DNA of 22,150 bases from Candidatus Iainarchaeum sp. (GCA_038886995.1 JAWALG010000017.1:1-22150); one strand, 5' to 3'; shown: positions 1 through 8,955, counted from the stretch's first letter. The notes: a model not told the origin generated them from the sequence alone. Translations and numbers: made by a program.

Positions 1-51
1 CATAAAAAGCATCATAAGAACAATTGAAATAGCAAACATCAGAGTATCCAT
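1..51 (-). CDS. 5' end of a probable membrane protein (runs off the window edge)
   Basis: ATG at 51-49 is preceded by a GGTGGT SD (60-55). Reads MDTLMFAISIVLMMLFM (hydrophobic) and lies directly downstream of the 60..344 gene. Confidence 0.65.
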   Translation of the reverse strand, partial: MDTLMFAISIVLMMLFM

Positions 52-59
52 TTGACCAC

Positions 60-344
60 CTAATCCTTAAGGAATTCTGGCTTTTTACTACCGGCAGGTA
101 TTTTTTCAAACATTCCACTGAAAAATGTTTGTATTAGGAAAAGAACAATAGGTATTAGTATAAGCTCTGGATATTGCACGAACGTAAGATAAACAACAAG
201 TGTTGTGAGTATGGCGGCAATCTTTGCTGAGCCAAGCTGTTTCTTGAACCACCCAAATATCCATATGGTGTAAACTATGCAAAGCACAACCCAAAGGTTT
301 GTTACAAAATCACTTCTGCCAAAGATGGTGTCAAGCAAATCCAT
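60..344 (-). CDS. Small multi-pass membrane protein, hypothetical
   Basis: ORF 60..368; ATG at 344 (MDLLDTIFG) preferred as start. Three hydrophobic segments; divergent from polB. Confidence 0.75.
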   Translation of the reverse strand: MDLLDTIFGRSDFVTNLWVVLCIVYTIWIFGWFKKQLGSAKIAAILTTLVVYLTFVQYPELILIPIVLFLIQTFFSGMFEKIPAGSKKPEFLKD

Positions 345-495
345 GAAATAATATTGTTGTTTCCACAATAAAATCCTTTCTTTGAATGCTTTTAAGCGTA
401 TTTTTCAAAAATTGCAACATAATTTACAGCAGCACACCGGCAGGCACCTAATGAAAAGAATAATAATAATAGCCCACTTTTTTTAATAGAGGCAT

Positions 496-2928
496 ATGAA
501 AAAAGAAGTAGCTTTTCTTCTGGATATTGACTACATGAAGGAAGGCAAATCGCGGATCATGCTTTTTTTCAAAACGGAAAAGGAAAGATTAATTCTATTT
601 GTGCCTGATTACACGCCTTACTTATACATAACAACAGACTCAAACCCTGAGGAAGCCAAAAGAAAAATCCTTGAAGCAGACCTCAACGGTGTTAAGGCTG
701 CTAAAGCGGTTTGCGTTGAAAAGAAACTTTTCGGCTCTGAAGAAAAGGTAAATGCGATAAAGGTTTTCTTCAACTCAACCAAGGAGCTAAAAGACGCAAG
801 GGACGCAATAAAAGGCATCGGATTGAACATACACAAGCATGAATTTGATATTCCTTTTGTAAAAAGATTTCTTCTTGACTCAGGCTTAGAGGTCTTCTCA
901 TATTATGAAATAGAATATGAAGAAGACACAAAGGAGATAAAACAATTTAGAAAGATTAAAGATGCACATGACTTGTTTGAAATCAAAATCGGCGCTATAG
1001 ACATTGAAACATACTCGCCCGAGAGGTTTTCAGATCCAACAAAAGACCCGATAATAATGGCATCTTACGTTGACAGAGAAGAAAAGCTTGTTTTTTGTAC
1101 AGAAAAAATAAATGTAAGCTATGCTGTGAAGGTTAAAGACGAGAAAGAGATCATTGAAAAGCTCGTTGAAAAGATAAAATCAAAGGATCTTGATTTAATT
1201 GTAACATATAATGGCGACAACTTTGATTTGCCATACTTGAAAGTTCGTGCCTCAAAGCTTAAGATAAAATTTGATATTGGCGCTGATGGCTCTGAGCCAG
1301 TTACAGTTAAAAAGACAAGAGAATCAGCTACAAAAGTAAGGGGCAGGCCTCATATTGACTCATATCAGTTGCTTCGTATTTTAATGCGCTTTGGTGTTGT
1401 AAACCTCATCAAGATGGACTTGGAAAGTGTAAGCAAAACACTTTTCAATGAGGACAAAGAAAAGATACCAGCTGAGGAGATAAACAGAATTTGGGCCAGT
1501 AAAAAAGGTCTTGAAAGATTGGCTGAATACAACCTTTTGGACTCTGATGTTGCTTATAGGATTGCTGAAAGGTATCTGCCTCTTTTCGTGGAGCTTGGAA
1601 AACTTGTCCATTACACCCTTTTTGATGTGACCAGAAGCTCAAGCTCACAGCTTGTGGAAGCTTTGCTGAGTGCAGAGGCCTCAAATGAAGGAATACTTAT
1701 ACCGAACAAACCTAGTGACAAGCAGGTAAGAGAGAGGATAATGCAGAGCTACGAAGGAGGCTTTGTATATGAGCCACTGCCTGGTCTTCATGAAAGGATT
1801 GCAGTCCTAGATTTCACAAGCTTACATCCAACAATAATAATATCACATAATGTAAGTCCTGACTCGCTAAACTGTGAGCACAAGGAATGTTCAGAAAAGA
1901 ACTCTAGCCCAATAAAATACTGGTTTTGTACAAAAAAGAAGGGTTTCTTGCCGAAGGTCATACAGCGCCTTTTTGAAGAAAGGGTGTCCATAAAAAAATC
2001 ACTCAAGGCACTGCCGAAAGGAAGCACGGAATATGCTCTTGCTGACGCAAGACAACATTCACTAAAAATAATACTTAACTCATTTTACGGCACTCTGGGC
2101 TATGCGAGATTCCGATGGTATAGCAAAGAGTGCGCCGCGGCAGTAACTGCATGGAGTCGGGAGTATGTTAAAATGGTTGCGGAAGAAGCTAAGAAGTTGG
2201 GCTTTCAGATATTATATGGGGATACTGACAGCACATTCATAAAGATTCCTGCTGAGAAAAAAAAGGAAGATGTTCTTGCATTTGTAGAAAGAATAAATTC
2301 AAAGCTTCCTGGCGTCATGAATCTAGAGCTTGAGGGCTTCTACAAAAGAGGCATTTTCGTAACAAAAAAATCAGAAGTAGCGCAAGCGGCAAAGAAGAAG
2401 TATGCGCTGATAAGCGAAGATGGTAATCTGAAGATTGTTGGATTCGAATATGTTCGCAGGGATTGGGCAAACATTGCAAAGGAAACGCAGCGCATGGTTA
2501 TAAAGGCAATACTTGAGGATGGCTCTCCGGAAAAGGCAATTGCAATAGTAAAGCAGAAAATAAGGGAGTTGCGCGAGGGCAAAGTAAAAAAGAGCGACCT
2601 TATAATATACTCGCAAATAAAGAAAGACATTAATGCATATGAAAGCATAGGGCCGCATGTTGCTGCTGCAAAAAAAGCAATCATGCAAGGTCGTGACTTG
2701 GGTGAAAGCTCTGTAATTGGATATATAATAACGAAATGCGGGAAGAGCATAAGCGACAAAGCACAGCTTGCAGATTATGTAAATGAAGGGAACTATGATG
2801 CAGAGTATTATATAAAAAACCAAGTAATACCTTCCGTTATAAAAATAATTAGTGAGTTTGGTTATAGTGAAGAAGACCTTGTTGCGGGTGGCAAGCAAGT
2901 TAACTTAGGTTATTTTAACAATAGGTGA
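496..2928 (+). CDS. polB: Family B DNA polymerase (archaeal PolB3-like)
   Basis: Exo motifs DIETYS, TYNGDNFD, YNLLDS; pol motifs DFTSLHPTII, KIILNSFYG, YGDTDS, KKKY; C-terminal PIP-like QVNLGYF; no intein. Confidence 0.97.
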   Translation: MKKEVAFLLDIDYMKEGKSRIMLFFKTEKERLILFVPDYTPYLYITTDSNPEEAKRKILEADLNGVKAAKAVCVEKKLFGSEEKVNAIKVFFNSTKELKDARDAIKGIGLNIHKHEFDIPFVKRFLLDSGLEVFSYYEIEYEEDTKEIKQFRKIKDAHDLFEIKIGAIDIETYSPERFSDPTKDPIIMASYVDREEKLVFCTEKINVSYAVKVKDEKEIIEKLVEKIKSKDLDLIVTYNGDNFDLPYLKVRASKLKIKFDIGADGSEPVTVKKTRESATKVRGRPHIDSYQLLRILMRFGVVNLIKMDLESVSKTLFNEDKEKIPAEEINRIWASKKGLERLAEYNLLDSDVAYRIAERYLPLFVELGKLVHYTLFDVTRSSSSQLVEALLSAEASNEGILIPNKPSDKQVRERIMQSYEGGFVYEPLPGLHERIAVLDFTSLHPTIIISHNVSPDSLNCEHKECSEKNSSPIKYWFCTKKKGFLPKVIQRLFEERVSIKKSLKALPKGSTEYALADARQHSLKIILNSFYGTLGYARFRWYSKECAAAVTAWSREYVKMVAEEAKKLGFQILYGDTDSTFIKIPAEKKKEDVLAFVERINSKLPGVMNLELEGFYKRGIFVTKKSEVAQAAKKKYALISEDGNLKIVGFEYVRRDWANIAKETQRMVIKAILEDGSPEKAIAIVKQKIRELREGKVKKSDLIIYSQIKKDINAYESIGPHVAAAKKAIMQGRDLGESSVIGYIITKCGKSISDKAQLADYVNEGNYDAEYYIKNQVIPSVIKIISEFGYSEEDLVAGGKQVNLGYFNNR

Positions 2929-2932
2929 TTCC

Positions 2933-3865
2933 TTGGAAAAAGAAATATCTGCAAAGTATGTTACTGCTGGGTTGATACTTTCAGAAACCAAAACACTTGC
3001 CAAAAAAATATTAGTACCTGGTGCTGATATATTTGAATGCGCAGAAAAAATAGAGGAATTCATTGTAAAAAAAGGCGGCAGGCCTGCCTTCCCGGTTAAC
3101 CTAAGTTTTAATGAAAATGCAGCACATCAAACACCTGACTGGAACGAAAAAATTGTCCTGCGGAAGGACGATGTCTTAAAAGTTGACATAGGGGTGCATA
3201 TTGATGGCTATATTGCAGATTGTGCTTTCACGATTAATCACTCTGCCAAGCATGCGCTTTTGATAGAAGCTGCTGAGCTTGCTTTGAGTAATGCTTTTGC
3301 TATGTTGAATGCTGACCCGACAATTGGTGAAATCGGAAGCTGCATTGAGAATACGATTAAGGAAAAGGGCTTTAAGCCGGTTAGCAACCTTACTGGCCAC
3401 GGTCTGGAAAGATACGTGCAACATGCACCACCAAGCATACCTAACATTGGTAATAGCAGCAGAGCAAAGCTTTTGCCTGGAAAAGCTTATGCAATAGAGC
3501 CATTCGTAAGCACTGGCAGCGGCACAGTAAGAGAAAGTGGAAAGGCAAACATATTCTGCCTTGATGAGGTAAAGACGATAAGGAACCCGCATTCAAGAAA
3601 AATCTTAGCACATGTCTTTGAGCATTACAAAACGCTTCCTTTTGCTGAAAGATGGCTCAAAAGAGAGTTGAATATTGGTGATTTTGAGTTAAAGGTTGGG
3701 TTAAAGCAGCTTTTGCATGATAAGATAATAAAGGCATACCCAATACTGCACGACATCCCGGGTTCTTTTGTTGCCCAAGCTGAGAATAGCTTTATAAAGA
3801 CGGAAAAGCAAATTATTCCTTTAGTGGTTGATGATGCTGGAGAAATTAAAGGAAAACAAGCTTGA
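2933..3865 (+). CDS. map: Type II methionine aminopeptidase
   Basis: AAHQTP, DIGVHIDGYIAD, NLTGHGL, AIEPF, LPFAERW insert, AQAE. TTG start with GGTGA SD overlapping the polB stop. Confidence 0.95.
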   Translation: MEKEISAKYVTAGLILSETKTLAKKILVPGADIFECAEKIEEFIVKKGGRPAFPVNLSFNENAAHQTPDWNEKIVLRKDDVLKVDIGVHIDGYIADCAFTINHSAKHALLIEAAELALSNAFAMLNADPTIGEIGSCIENTIKEKGFKPVSNLTGHGLERYVQHAPPSIPNIGNSSRAKLLPGKAYAIEPFVSTGSGTVRESGKANIFCLDEVKTIRNPHSRKILAHVFEHYKTLPFAERWLKRELNIGDFELKVGLKQLLHDKIIKAYPILHDIPGSFVAQAENSFIKTEKQIIPLVVDDAGEIKGKQA

Positions 3866-4778
3866 GTTGACTGCCCTTGGAATATCTTTTGTATCTATCC
3901 TGCTTTCAATGTTTTTCCTTGGCTTGAGCGGCTTTAATCTGAAATCATTCTTGCTATTCGATTTGTATGAAATTAGAGATGTTTTCTTTTCGCCGATGCT
4001 ATGGCTTTTTGTCCTATTTTTTTGCATAGCCAATAGCGTTTTCATTTACTTATTCTATCGAAAAGGGGATATTGCCTCTTTGGCATTGAGCATAATATCT
4101 TCTTCTTCAGCCCTATTTTGTGGATTTCTACTTTTCCCAAACCTAAGGCAGCTTATATACGTTATGCCTTTCTATGTTATAGGGCTTGCAATATGCAAGG
4201 AGGTATTTTTGGCTAAGATAAGTGAACTTAAGAGATTTAAAAGCATAAGAGCAGCAAGTGGTGCTTTTGGCAAGATGTTTTTAATCCTCTCAATAGGCCT
4301 GTTTTTTTGCGGTCTTTTAGCAGTGATGCCTGAAAAGGAGAAATATGCTGAAAGGTTTGAGCAAACATTTTTGAAGTCGTTCATGAAGGTTGTTTTGGGC
4401 AGTGTGAGTGATGCAGTAGTGGAAGGGAAAAGGGAGATTGTTAGGGAAATAATTGACACTAATGAGTTCAGAGCAATGGAAAATGTCAACAACGAAGCAA
4501 ACAAAGCATTCTCAAGGTATATGCGAAATCTTGCCCAAGAGGTTCATTCGCAAAAATACCGCCAAGATGCAATAAAAGATGTTTCAAAGACGATAGAAGA
4601 TGAAAAATTTTTGGAAAAAGCTTCAGAACATATGCCACTTAAGAAGTTCACGAGCAGCATGAGTCATATTATTTTGCCACTAAATGCAGCAGTGCTCTTC
4701 TGGATCTTTGGGCAGATATTTATAAACCTGCCTTGTGCTTTGCTATCTGCGCTTTTCATCAAGATACGCTGGGAGTAA
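3831..4778 (+). CDS. Multi-pass membrane protein, hypothetical
   Basis: Long ORF overlapping the map 3' end; about 5 N-terminal hydrophobic helices, a charged helical region and a C-terminal hydrophobic segment. Start 3831 or 3834. Confidence 0.8.
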   Translation: MMLEKLKENKLELTALGISFVSILLSMFFLGLSGFNLKSFLLFDLYEIRDVFFSPMLWLFVLFFCIANSVFIYLFYRKGDIASLALSIISSSSALFCGFLLFPNLRQLIYVMPFYVIGLAICKEVFLAKISELKRFKSIRAASGAFGKMFLILSIGLFFCGLLAVMPEKEKYAERFEQTFLKSFMKVVLGSVSDAVVEGKREIVREIIDTNEFRAMENVNNEANKAFSRYMRNLAQEVHSQKYRQDAIKDVSKTIEDEKFLEKASEHMPLKKFTSSMSHIILPLNAAVLFWIFGQIFINLPCALLSALFIKIRWE

Positions 4779-4847
4779 AGTAGAGAGCACAAAAAGTCAA
4801 AACTTATTGGACATTATTAAATTGCTTTCTGCTGAATAATACTTTAA

Positions 4848-4919
4848 GACCCTGTGGTGTAGTGGACAGCATAGCAGCCTGCGGAGCTGCTGACCCGGGT
4901 TCAAGTCCCGGCGGGGTCA
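4848..4919 (+). tRNA. tRNA-Arg(GCG)
   Basis: Acceptor GACCCTG/CGGGGTC+A; anticodon arm GCAGC-CTGCGGA-GCTGC; T arm CCGGG-TTCAAGT-CCCGG; no CCA. Confidence 0.95.
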
Positions 4920-4922
4920 GTC

Positions 4923-5006
4923 GCAGGAGTGCCCGAGTGGTCTAAGGGGCAGCGTTCAGGGCGCTGTGGCTTAGTGCCTTCGGCGGTTCGAATCCGCCCT
5001 CCTGCA
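4923..5006 (+). tRNA. tRNA-Leu(CAG)
   Basis: Acceptor GCAGGAG/CTCCTGC+A; CAGCG-TTCAGGG-CGCTG; long variable arm; GGCGG-TTCGAAT-CCGCC. Confidence 0.95.
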
Positions 5007-5179
5007 ACTTAGCAGCGGAAATAAAACAATTAAAAGGGTTGCTGTGGAATGTTATATTATGAGCTTCAAAGGCGATTTACTTCATATACGCTGATTTTGC
5101 CATTTTTGCTAGCAGAAGCTCTAGCAATTGCAATTATAAAACATATTGTAAAATATTGCAGCAATGTTCAATTAATTAT

Positions 5180-5251
5180 GGCTGCGGTGGTGTAACGGTA
5201 GCATACGGGCCTGTGGAGCCCTTGGTTTGGGTTCGAATCCCAGCCGCGGCC
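5180..5251 (+). tRNA. tRNA-His(GTG) with genomically encoded G-1
   Basis: G-1 (5180) plus GCTGCGG/CCGCGGC and discriminator C; anticodon loop CTGTGGA; TTGGG-TTCGAAT-CCCAG. Confidence 0.95.
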
Positions 5252-5265
5252 TTTTTGGTGTTATG

Positions 5266-6525
5266 ATGGCTTTTGAAACAGTCCGTGGAATGCGTGACTT
5301 TCCGCCAGAGCTTGCAAGGAAAAAACAATTAATAGAAGATACTTGCAGGTGTGTTTTTGAGCGCTATGGCTTTGAACCTTTAGATACGCCCATTGTTGAG
5401 AACCTTGATCTTCTAACAAAAAAGGGCAGCAGTGGGGAAGCAATAGAAAATGAGATATATTCTTTTAAAGACAAAGGCGGCAGAAATCTCGGCTTGAGGT
5501 TTGACCTAACTGTGCCTCTTGCTAGGTTTGTAGCGTCATCAAGGTCACTGCCAATTCCTTTTAAGCGTTATCAGATAGGCAAAGTTTATCGCTACGACAG
5601 ACCTCAAGCAAAGCGCTACCGAGAGTTTACACAAGCAGATGCAGATATTGTTGGTGTTGGCTCCGTTTTGGCTGAGCTTGAACTCATTTCATTGAGCTAC
5701 GACATAATGAAAGAGCTTAACATTGAGGCAAAGCTCATATTGAACTCAAGGAAGATACTTGAAAGCATTGCTATTGCATCAGGCATTAGAAAGGACCAGA
5801 TAGGTGAATGCTTCAGGGCAATAGACAAAGCAGATAAAATTGGTTGGGCTGAAGTTGAAAGAGAACTTTGCTCAAAGCAGATTAGGACTGACATTTTGGA
5901 TATTATTAAAAGAAATGATTTGGATTATGCGAAAAAATTTGTCTTGGATTCTGGACAAAAAGATGAGAGCTTCGGTCGCTTAAATGAACTCTTGGAGTAC
6001 ATTAAGCTTATTGGGTTATCTGATTTTGTTAATGTTGATCTCTCGCTTGCGAGAGGGCTTGACTATTACACAGACATAGTGATGGAAATAAAAGTGTCTC
6101 AAGGCCCAAGCATCGGCGGTGGTGGCAGGTATGATAAGCTAATTGAGCAATACAGTGACAGAAGCATCTGCGCAACAGGAATTTCTTTTGGTATTGACAG
6201 AATACTTGACAGCATTGGAGATCAAATAGTTTTAGGCGCATCACCAGTAAAGGTATTTGTTTCTGTTGTAAGAAAGGATGACTGCAAAGAAGCCATTAAG
6301 TTGGTCTCAAAGCTAAGGGCTTTTAGAATAAGCGCTGAATTTGACTTGATGCAAAGAGACATATCAAAAAACTTAGAGTATGCATCAAGGAAGGGCATAC
6401 CTTATTTCATAATAATAGGCCCAAAAGAGCTTAGCGAAGGTAAAATCAAGATGCGCGATATGAAAACAGGTCTTGAACGATACATTGCCATAAAAGATAT
6501 TGAAAAGATTAAGGAAATATTATAA
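5266..6525 (+). CDS. hisS: Histidyl-tRNA synthetase
   Basis: RGMRDF, LRFDLTVPLAR, YRYDRPQAKRYREFTQ, RGLDYYT, GGGGRYD, GISFGIDR and an anticodon-binding C-domain. Start ATG 5263 or 5266 after GGTG; the ORF-track extension to 5227 runs into the tRNA. Confidence 0.97.
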   Translation: MAFETVRGMRDFPPELARKKQLIEDTCRCVFERYGFEPLDTPIVENLDLLTKKGSSGEAIENEIYSFKDKGGRNLGLRFDLTVPLARFVASSRSLPIPFKRYQIGKVYRYDRPQAKRYREFTQADADIVGVGSVLAELELISLSYDIMKELNIEAKLILNSRKILESIAIASGIRKDQIGECFRAIDKADKIGWAEVERELCSKQIRTDILDIIKRNDLDYAKKFVLDSGQKDESFGRLNELLEYIKLIGLSDFVNVDLSLARGLDYYTDIVMEIKVSQGPSIGGGGRYDKLIEQYSDRSICATGISFGIDRILDSIGDQIVLGASPVKVFVSVVRKDDCKEAIKLVSKLRAFRISAEFDLMQRDISKNLEYASRKGIPYFIIIGPKELSEGKIKMRDMKTGLERYIAIKDIEKIKEIL

Positions 6526-6562
6526 ATAAATACTCCCCAAAAGTAATATTGTAATTGCAAAT

Positions 6563-6637
6563 GCCCCGGTAGCTTTAGTCAGCCAGAGCGCCACACTGGT
6601 AATGTGGAGGTCGCGGGTGCAAATCCCGCCCGGGGCT
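6563..6637 (+). tRNA. tRNA-Thr(GGT)
   Basis: GCCCCGG/CCGGGGC+T; CCACA-CTGGTAA-TGTGG; T arm GCGGG-TGCAAAT-CCCGC (non-canonical G55). Confidence 0.92.
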
Positions 6638-6735
6638 CTTGAAAAGCGCTTTTATGAAGTTTCTGCGCTTGTTTGTGAAATTTTTTTGCATTTCAAAAAT
6701 CAGATTTAAAAATCTAATTGTGCAAATCTATCATT

Positions 6736-7017
6736 ATGGCGCTTGGCAGCTATGTCAAAGTTGTTAAAGCCCAGAAGGAAACACAAAAGCAAGCTTCCTC
6801 CCCAATATCGCCCGAGGTTTACACCCCAAAGGCTGAGGAAAACACTAGCGCTGGGATTCTTTTTGACTCAAAAGAAAGCACAGAGGTTTGGAAAAGCTGC
6901 AAGCACCTTAAGTATAAGGACAATGAGCCATATTGCAGCTATTTTGTAGCAAAGTGCGGAATGGACAAGTGCAACAAAAGGTTTTTGAGCACTACAAAAA
7001 ATATACCAAAACTTTAG
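6736..7017 (+). CDS. Small hypothetical protein with C-terminal four-Cys cluster
   Basis: ATG 6736 lies about 25 nt after TTTAAAAA (6705-6712). C-terminus CKH-x9-C-x6-C-x4-C. Confidence 0.7.
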   Translation: MALGSYVKVVKAQKETQKQASSPISPEVYTPKAEENTSAGILFDSKESTEVWKSCKHLKYKDNEPYCSYFVAKCGMDKCNKRFLSTTKNIPKL

Positions 7018-7018
7018 C

Positions 7019-7672
7019 TTAATCTTCTCTTTCTTTTTTAATACGGTTTTGCCCATTTTCAAAATTATGCTGCATTTCGTTCAAATTAAGCTTAAGCTTT
7101 GGCTTTTTCTTCAGAGCAAATATTGAAAGTGAGATTCCAGCAATTAAGCACGCTGCTGCCAAAAACAAAAAAGATTCTTGGCCTTGGCTAATTCCTTGAG
7201 CCGTGCTTTGGACTTCAGTTGCAGCCGGTGTTTTATCAACAACATACTCTGCCTTTCTAACCATGGTCGGCACTTCTGAACCGACACTTTTCATGATTCT
7301 TTCCTCTTTAACTTGACTTTGGGAAAAGTTAGAGAGGTATAAAAAGAATTGCAAGAAGGCTAATGCTAAGAAAATGCCTGCGAGCACAAGAACTATGCGC
7401 CTGCTTCTATCAAAGAACAAAGTGCCTTTATTTGTGAGGCGGTAATAAACCCATTTTGGGGCATAATTGCTTTCGACTCTCTCAACAAGCTTGGCTTCTT
7501 CAAGTTTTCTTATATGTTCGTGAATTGTTGACTTTGAGCAGTTAAGACGCTTTGCAATCTCAGAAACAGTATATTTGCGCTCTGAAAGAAGCTTAAGTAT
7601 TTCTACACGCGTATCTGAGGATAGCGCTTTTAGCTGTTCATTGTTTATTACAAGCTCCTGCTGCTCTTCCAT
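7019..7672 (-). CDS. ArsR-family winged-HTH regulator with two transmembrane segments
   Basis: LKALSSDTRVEILKLL...TVSEIAKRL...STIHEHIRKLEEAKLV...YYRLT, followed by hydrophobic segments IVLVLAGIFLALAFLQFFLYL and FLFLAAACLIAGISLSIFAL. Confidence 0.9.
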   Translation of the reverse strand: MEEQQELVINNEQLKALSSDTRVEILKLLSERKYTVSEIAKRLNCSKSTIHEHIRKLEEAKLVERVESNYAPKWVYYRLTNKGTLFFDRSRRIVLVLAGIFLALAFLQFFLYLSNFSQSQVKEERIMKSVGSEVPTMVRKAEYVVDKTPAATEVQSTAQGISQGQESFLFLAAACLIAGISLSIFALKKKPKLKLNLNEMQHNFENGQNRIKKERED

Positions 7673-7688
7673 AAAAAAAACTTAAAAA

Positions 7689-7707
7689 AAACCATTTAAA
7701 TTGGTTT
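7689..7707. promoter_or_regulatory. TATA box flanked by an inverted repeat (AAACCA-TTTAAAT-TGGTTT)
   Basis: TTTAAA 7695-7700 lies 23-28 nt upstream of the ArsR ATG (7672), which suggests a leaderless transcript. 6-bp inverted arms. Confidence 0.5.
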
Positions 7708-7776
7708 CTTTTTTGTTCGCCTTCAAAAAAAGGCCTTTTATGCAAAAAGTAAAGAATTAAAAACAGATTAAAGAAT

Positions 7777-8478
7777 ATGTATGCAGAGAGTATGCTTGAA
7801 GAAGAGGTAATTGAGGCACTTGTTTCCAAAGTATTGCGAGATGACCTAACAATTGCTGTTGGTACTGGCGAACATGGGGAGAAATTTCTGAAGCAAATTG
7901 CAATGAAAGCAATCGAGAATGACTTTAAGGTAAGAATAGTGCCAACCTCTTTAAAGCTTGCAGCAGTATGCGCCTCATTCAAGCTTCCAATTGAATCAAT
8001 AAACAGGAGTGAGGTTGACCTTGCAATAGAGTTTGCATCGATGGTTGATACTCAATTCAACTACATAAAGCGCGAAACGACTTCGCTTATAAGGGACAAG
8101 ATGATAGCACAAAGCGCAGCTGAGCTCGTAATTGTTTGCGAAGATACAAAATATGTTAAGCGCTTGCATGGAGTAATTCCTTTTGAGGTAGATGCCTTTG
8201 GGGCTGAAAGAAGCTTAATCCAGCTTGACGAGTATGGTAAAGCAAGCTTCAGGTTGGGTCCGAAAGGAGAGCGCTTCTTTACTGAAAGCGGAAATAACAT
8301 AATAGATGTGCATTTTGACCAAATATACTCGCTGGAAGACCTTGAATACAGCACAAAGAATATCCCTGGCGTTATAGAAACTGGATTATTTTTAGGTTAT
8401 GCTGACCGAGTGCTTCTGCACAATGGAAAAATAAAGATGCTTAGCAGGATAGTAAAGCTTGAGGAGCAGATTGAGTAA
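7777..8478 (+). CDS. rpiA: Ribose-5-phosphate isomerase A homolog with divergent active-site motifs
   Basis: AVGTG, VPTS, IPFEV, TESGNNIIDV and IPGVIETGLF match RpiA; the DGADE and KGGG..REK motifs are altered. Confidence 0.85.
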   Translation: MYAESMLEEEVIEALVSKVLRDDLTIAVGTGEHGEKFLKQIAMKAIENDFKVRIVPTSLKLAAVCASFKLPIESINRSEVDLAIEFASMVDTQFNYIKRETTSLIRDKMIAQSAAELVIVCEDTKYVKRLHGVIPFEVDAFGAERSLIQLDEYGKASFRLGPKGERFFTESGNNIIDVHFDQIYSLEDLEYSTKNIPGVIETGLFLGYADRVLLHNGKIKMLSRIVKLEEQIE

Positions 8479-8524
8479 AAACTATAGTTATTAAAACAAT
8501 TTTCTGTGCCTAATTTTAATGTGA

Positions 8525-8597
8525 GCCAGAGTAGCTCAGCGGTTAGAGCGTTCGACTCATAATCGAAAGGTCGCGGGTCCGACTCCCGCCTCTGGCA
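8525..8597 (+). tRNA. tRNA-Met(CAT), elongator type
   Basis: GCCAGAG/CTCTGGC+A; TTCGA-CTCATAA-TCGAA; T loop TCCGACT. Lacks the initiator A1-U72 pair and the GGG/CCC anticodon stem. Confidence 0.9.
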
Positions 8598-8625
8598 ATG
8601 TAAAATTGCTTAGGAAGGTGTTTTT

Positions 8626-8955
8626 GTGGATAAAAAAAACATTGCCTTGATTCTAATTGGTATTGTTTTTGGTATTGAAGGTGTTCTAATAAGCTACTTT
8701 AGCTATACACTCTCCTCGGAATTCGGTGAAGCTGCTGCCATTATGGAACAGGAGACAGAATTCTTTGATCAGGGCGCAGACCCTGAATTTGCAAAGATGC
8801 TTAGCATGTTATTTATGCTCGGTGTCTTTTACGGCATAGCAAAGACAATAATAGGCATTTTTTGCATTGCTACGGGAGCATCAGAAGCATTTGAGGGAAG
8901 AGAGCCAAAGGAAGAAATGGAAAGGCCAAAAACAAAGGGCAAAAGCAAATCTTAG
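8626..8955 (+). CDS. Two-TM membrane protein, hypothetical
   Basis: GTG start after GGAAGGTG; two hydrophobic helices and a charged tail. Confidence 0.8.
   Translation: MDKKNIALILIGIVFGIEGVLISYFSYTLSSEFGEAAAIMEQETEFFDQGADPEFAKMLSMLFMLGVFYGIAKTIIGIFCIATGASEAFEGREPKEEMERPKTKGKSKS

Noticed and set aside
5007-5179. Intergenic micro-ORF (5059-5094), small hairpin and GGCGAT riboswitch-like start
   Set aside because: No convincing fluoride-riboswitch pairing or C/D boxes, and an 11-aa ORF cannot be supported.
5227-5262. N-terminal extension of the hisS ORF (and similarly 11964-12029 of the DUF116 ORF)
   Set aside because: These are read-throughs of tRNA T-arm sequence (GSNP); the real starts lie downstream with SD motifs.
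8525-8597. tRNA(CAT) as initiator Met or Ile2
   Set aside because: No A1-U72 pair or triple G-C anticodon stem. The GCC acceptor start fits elongator Met better than the GGGC start usual for Ile, though Ile2 is not fully excluded.
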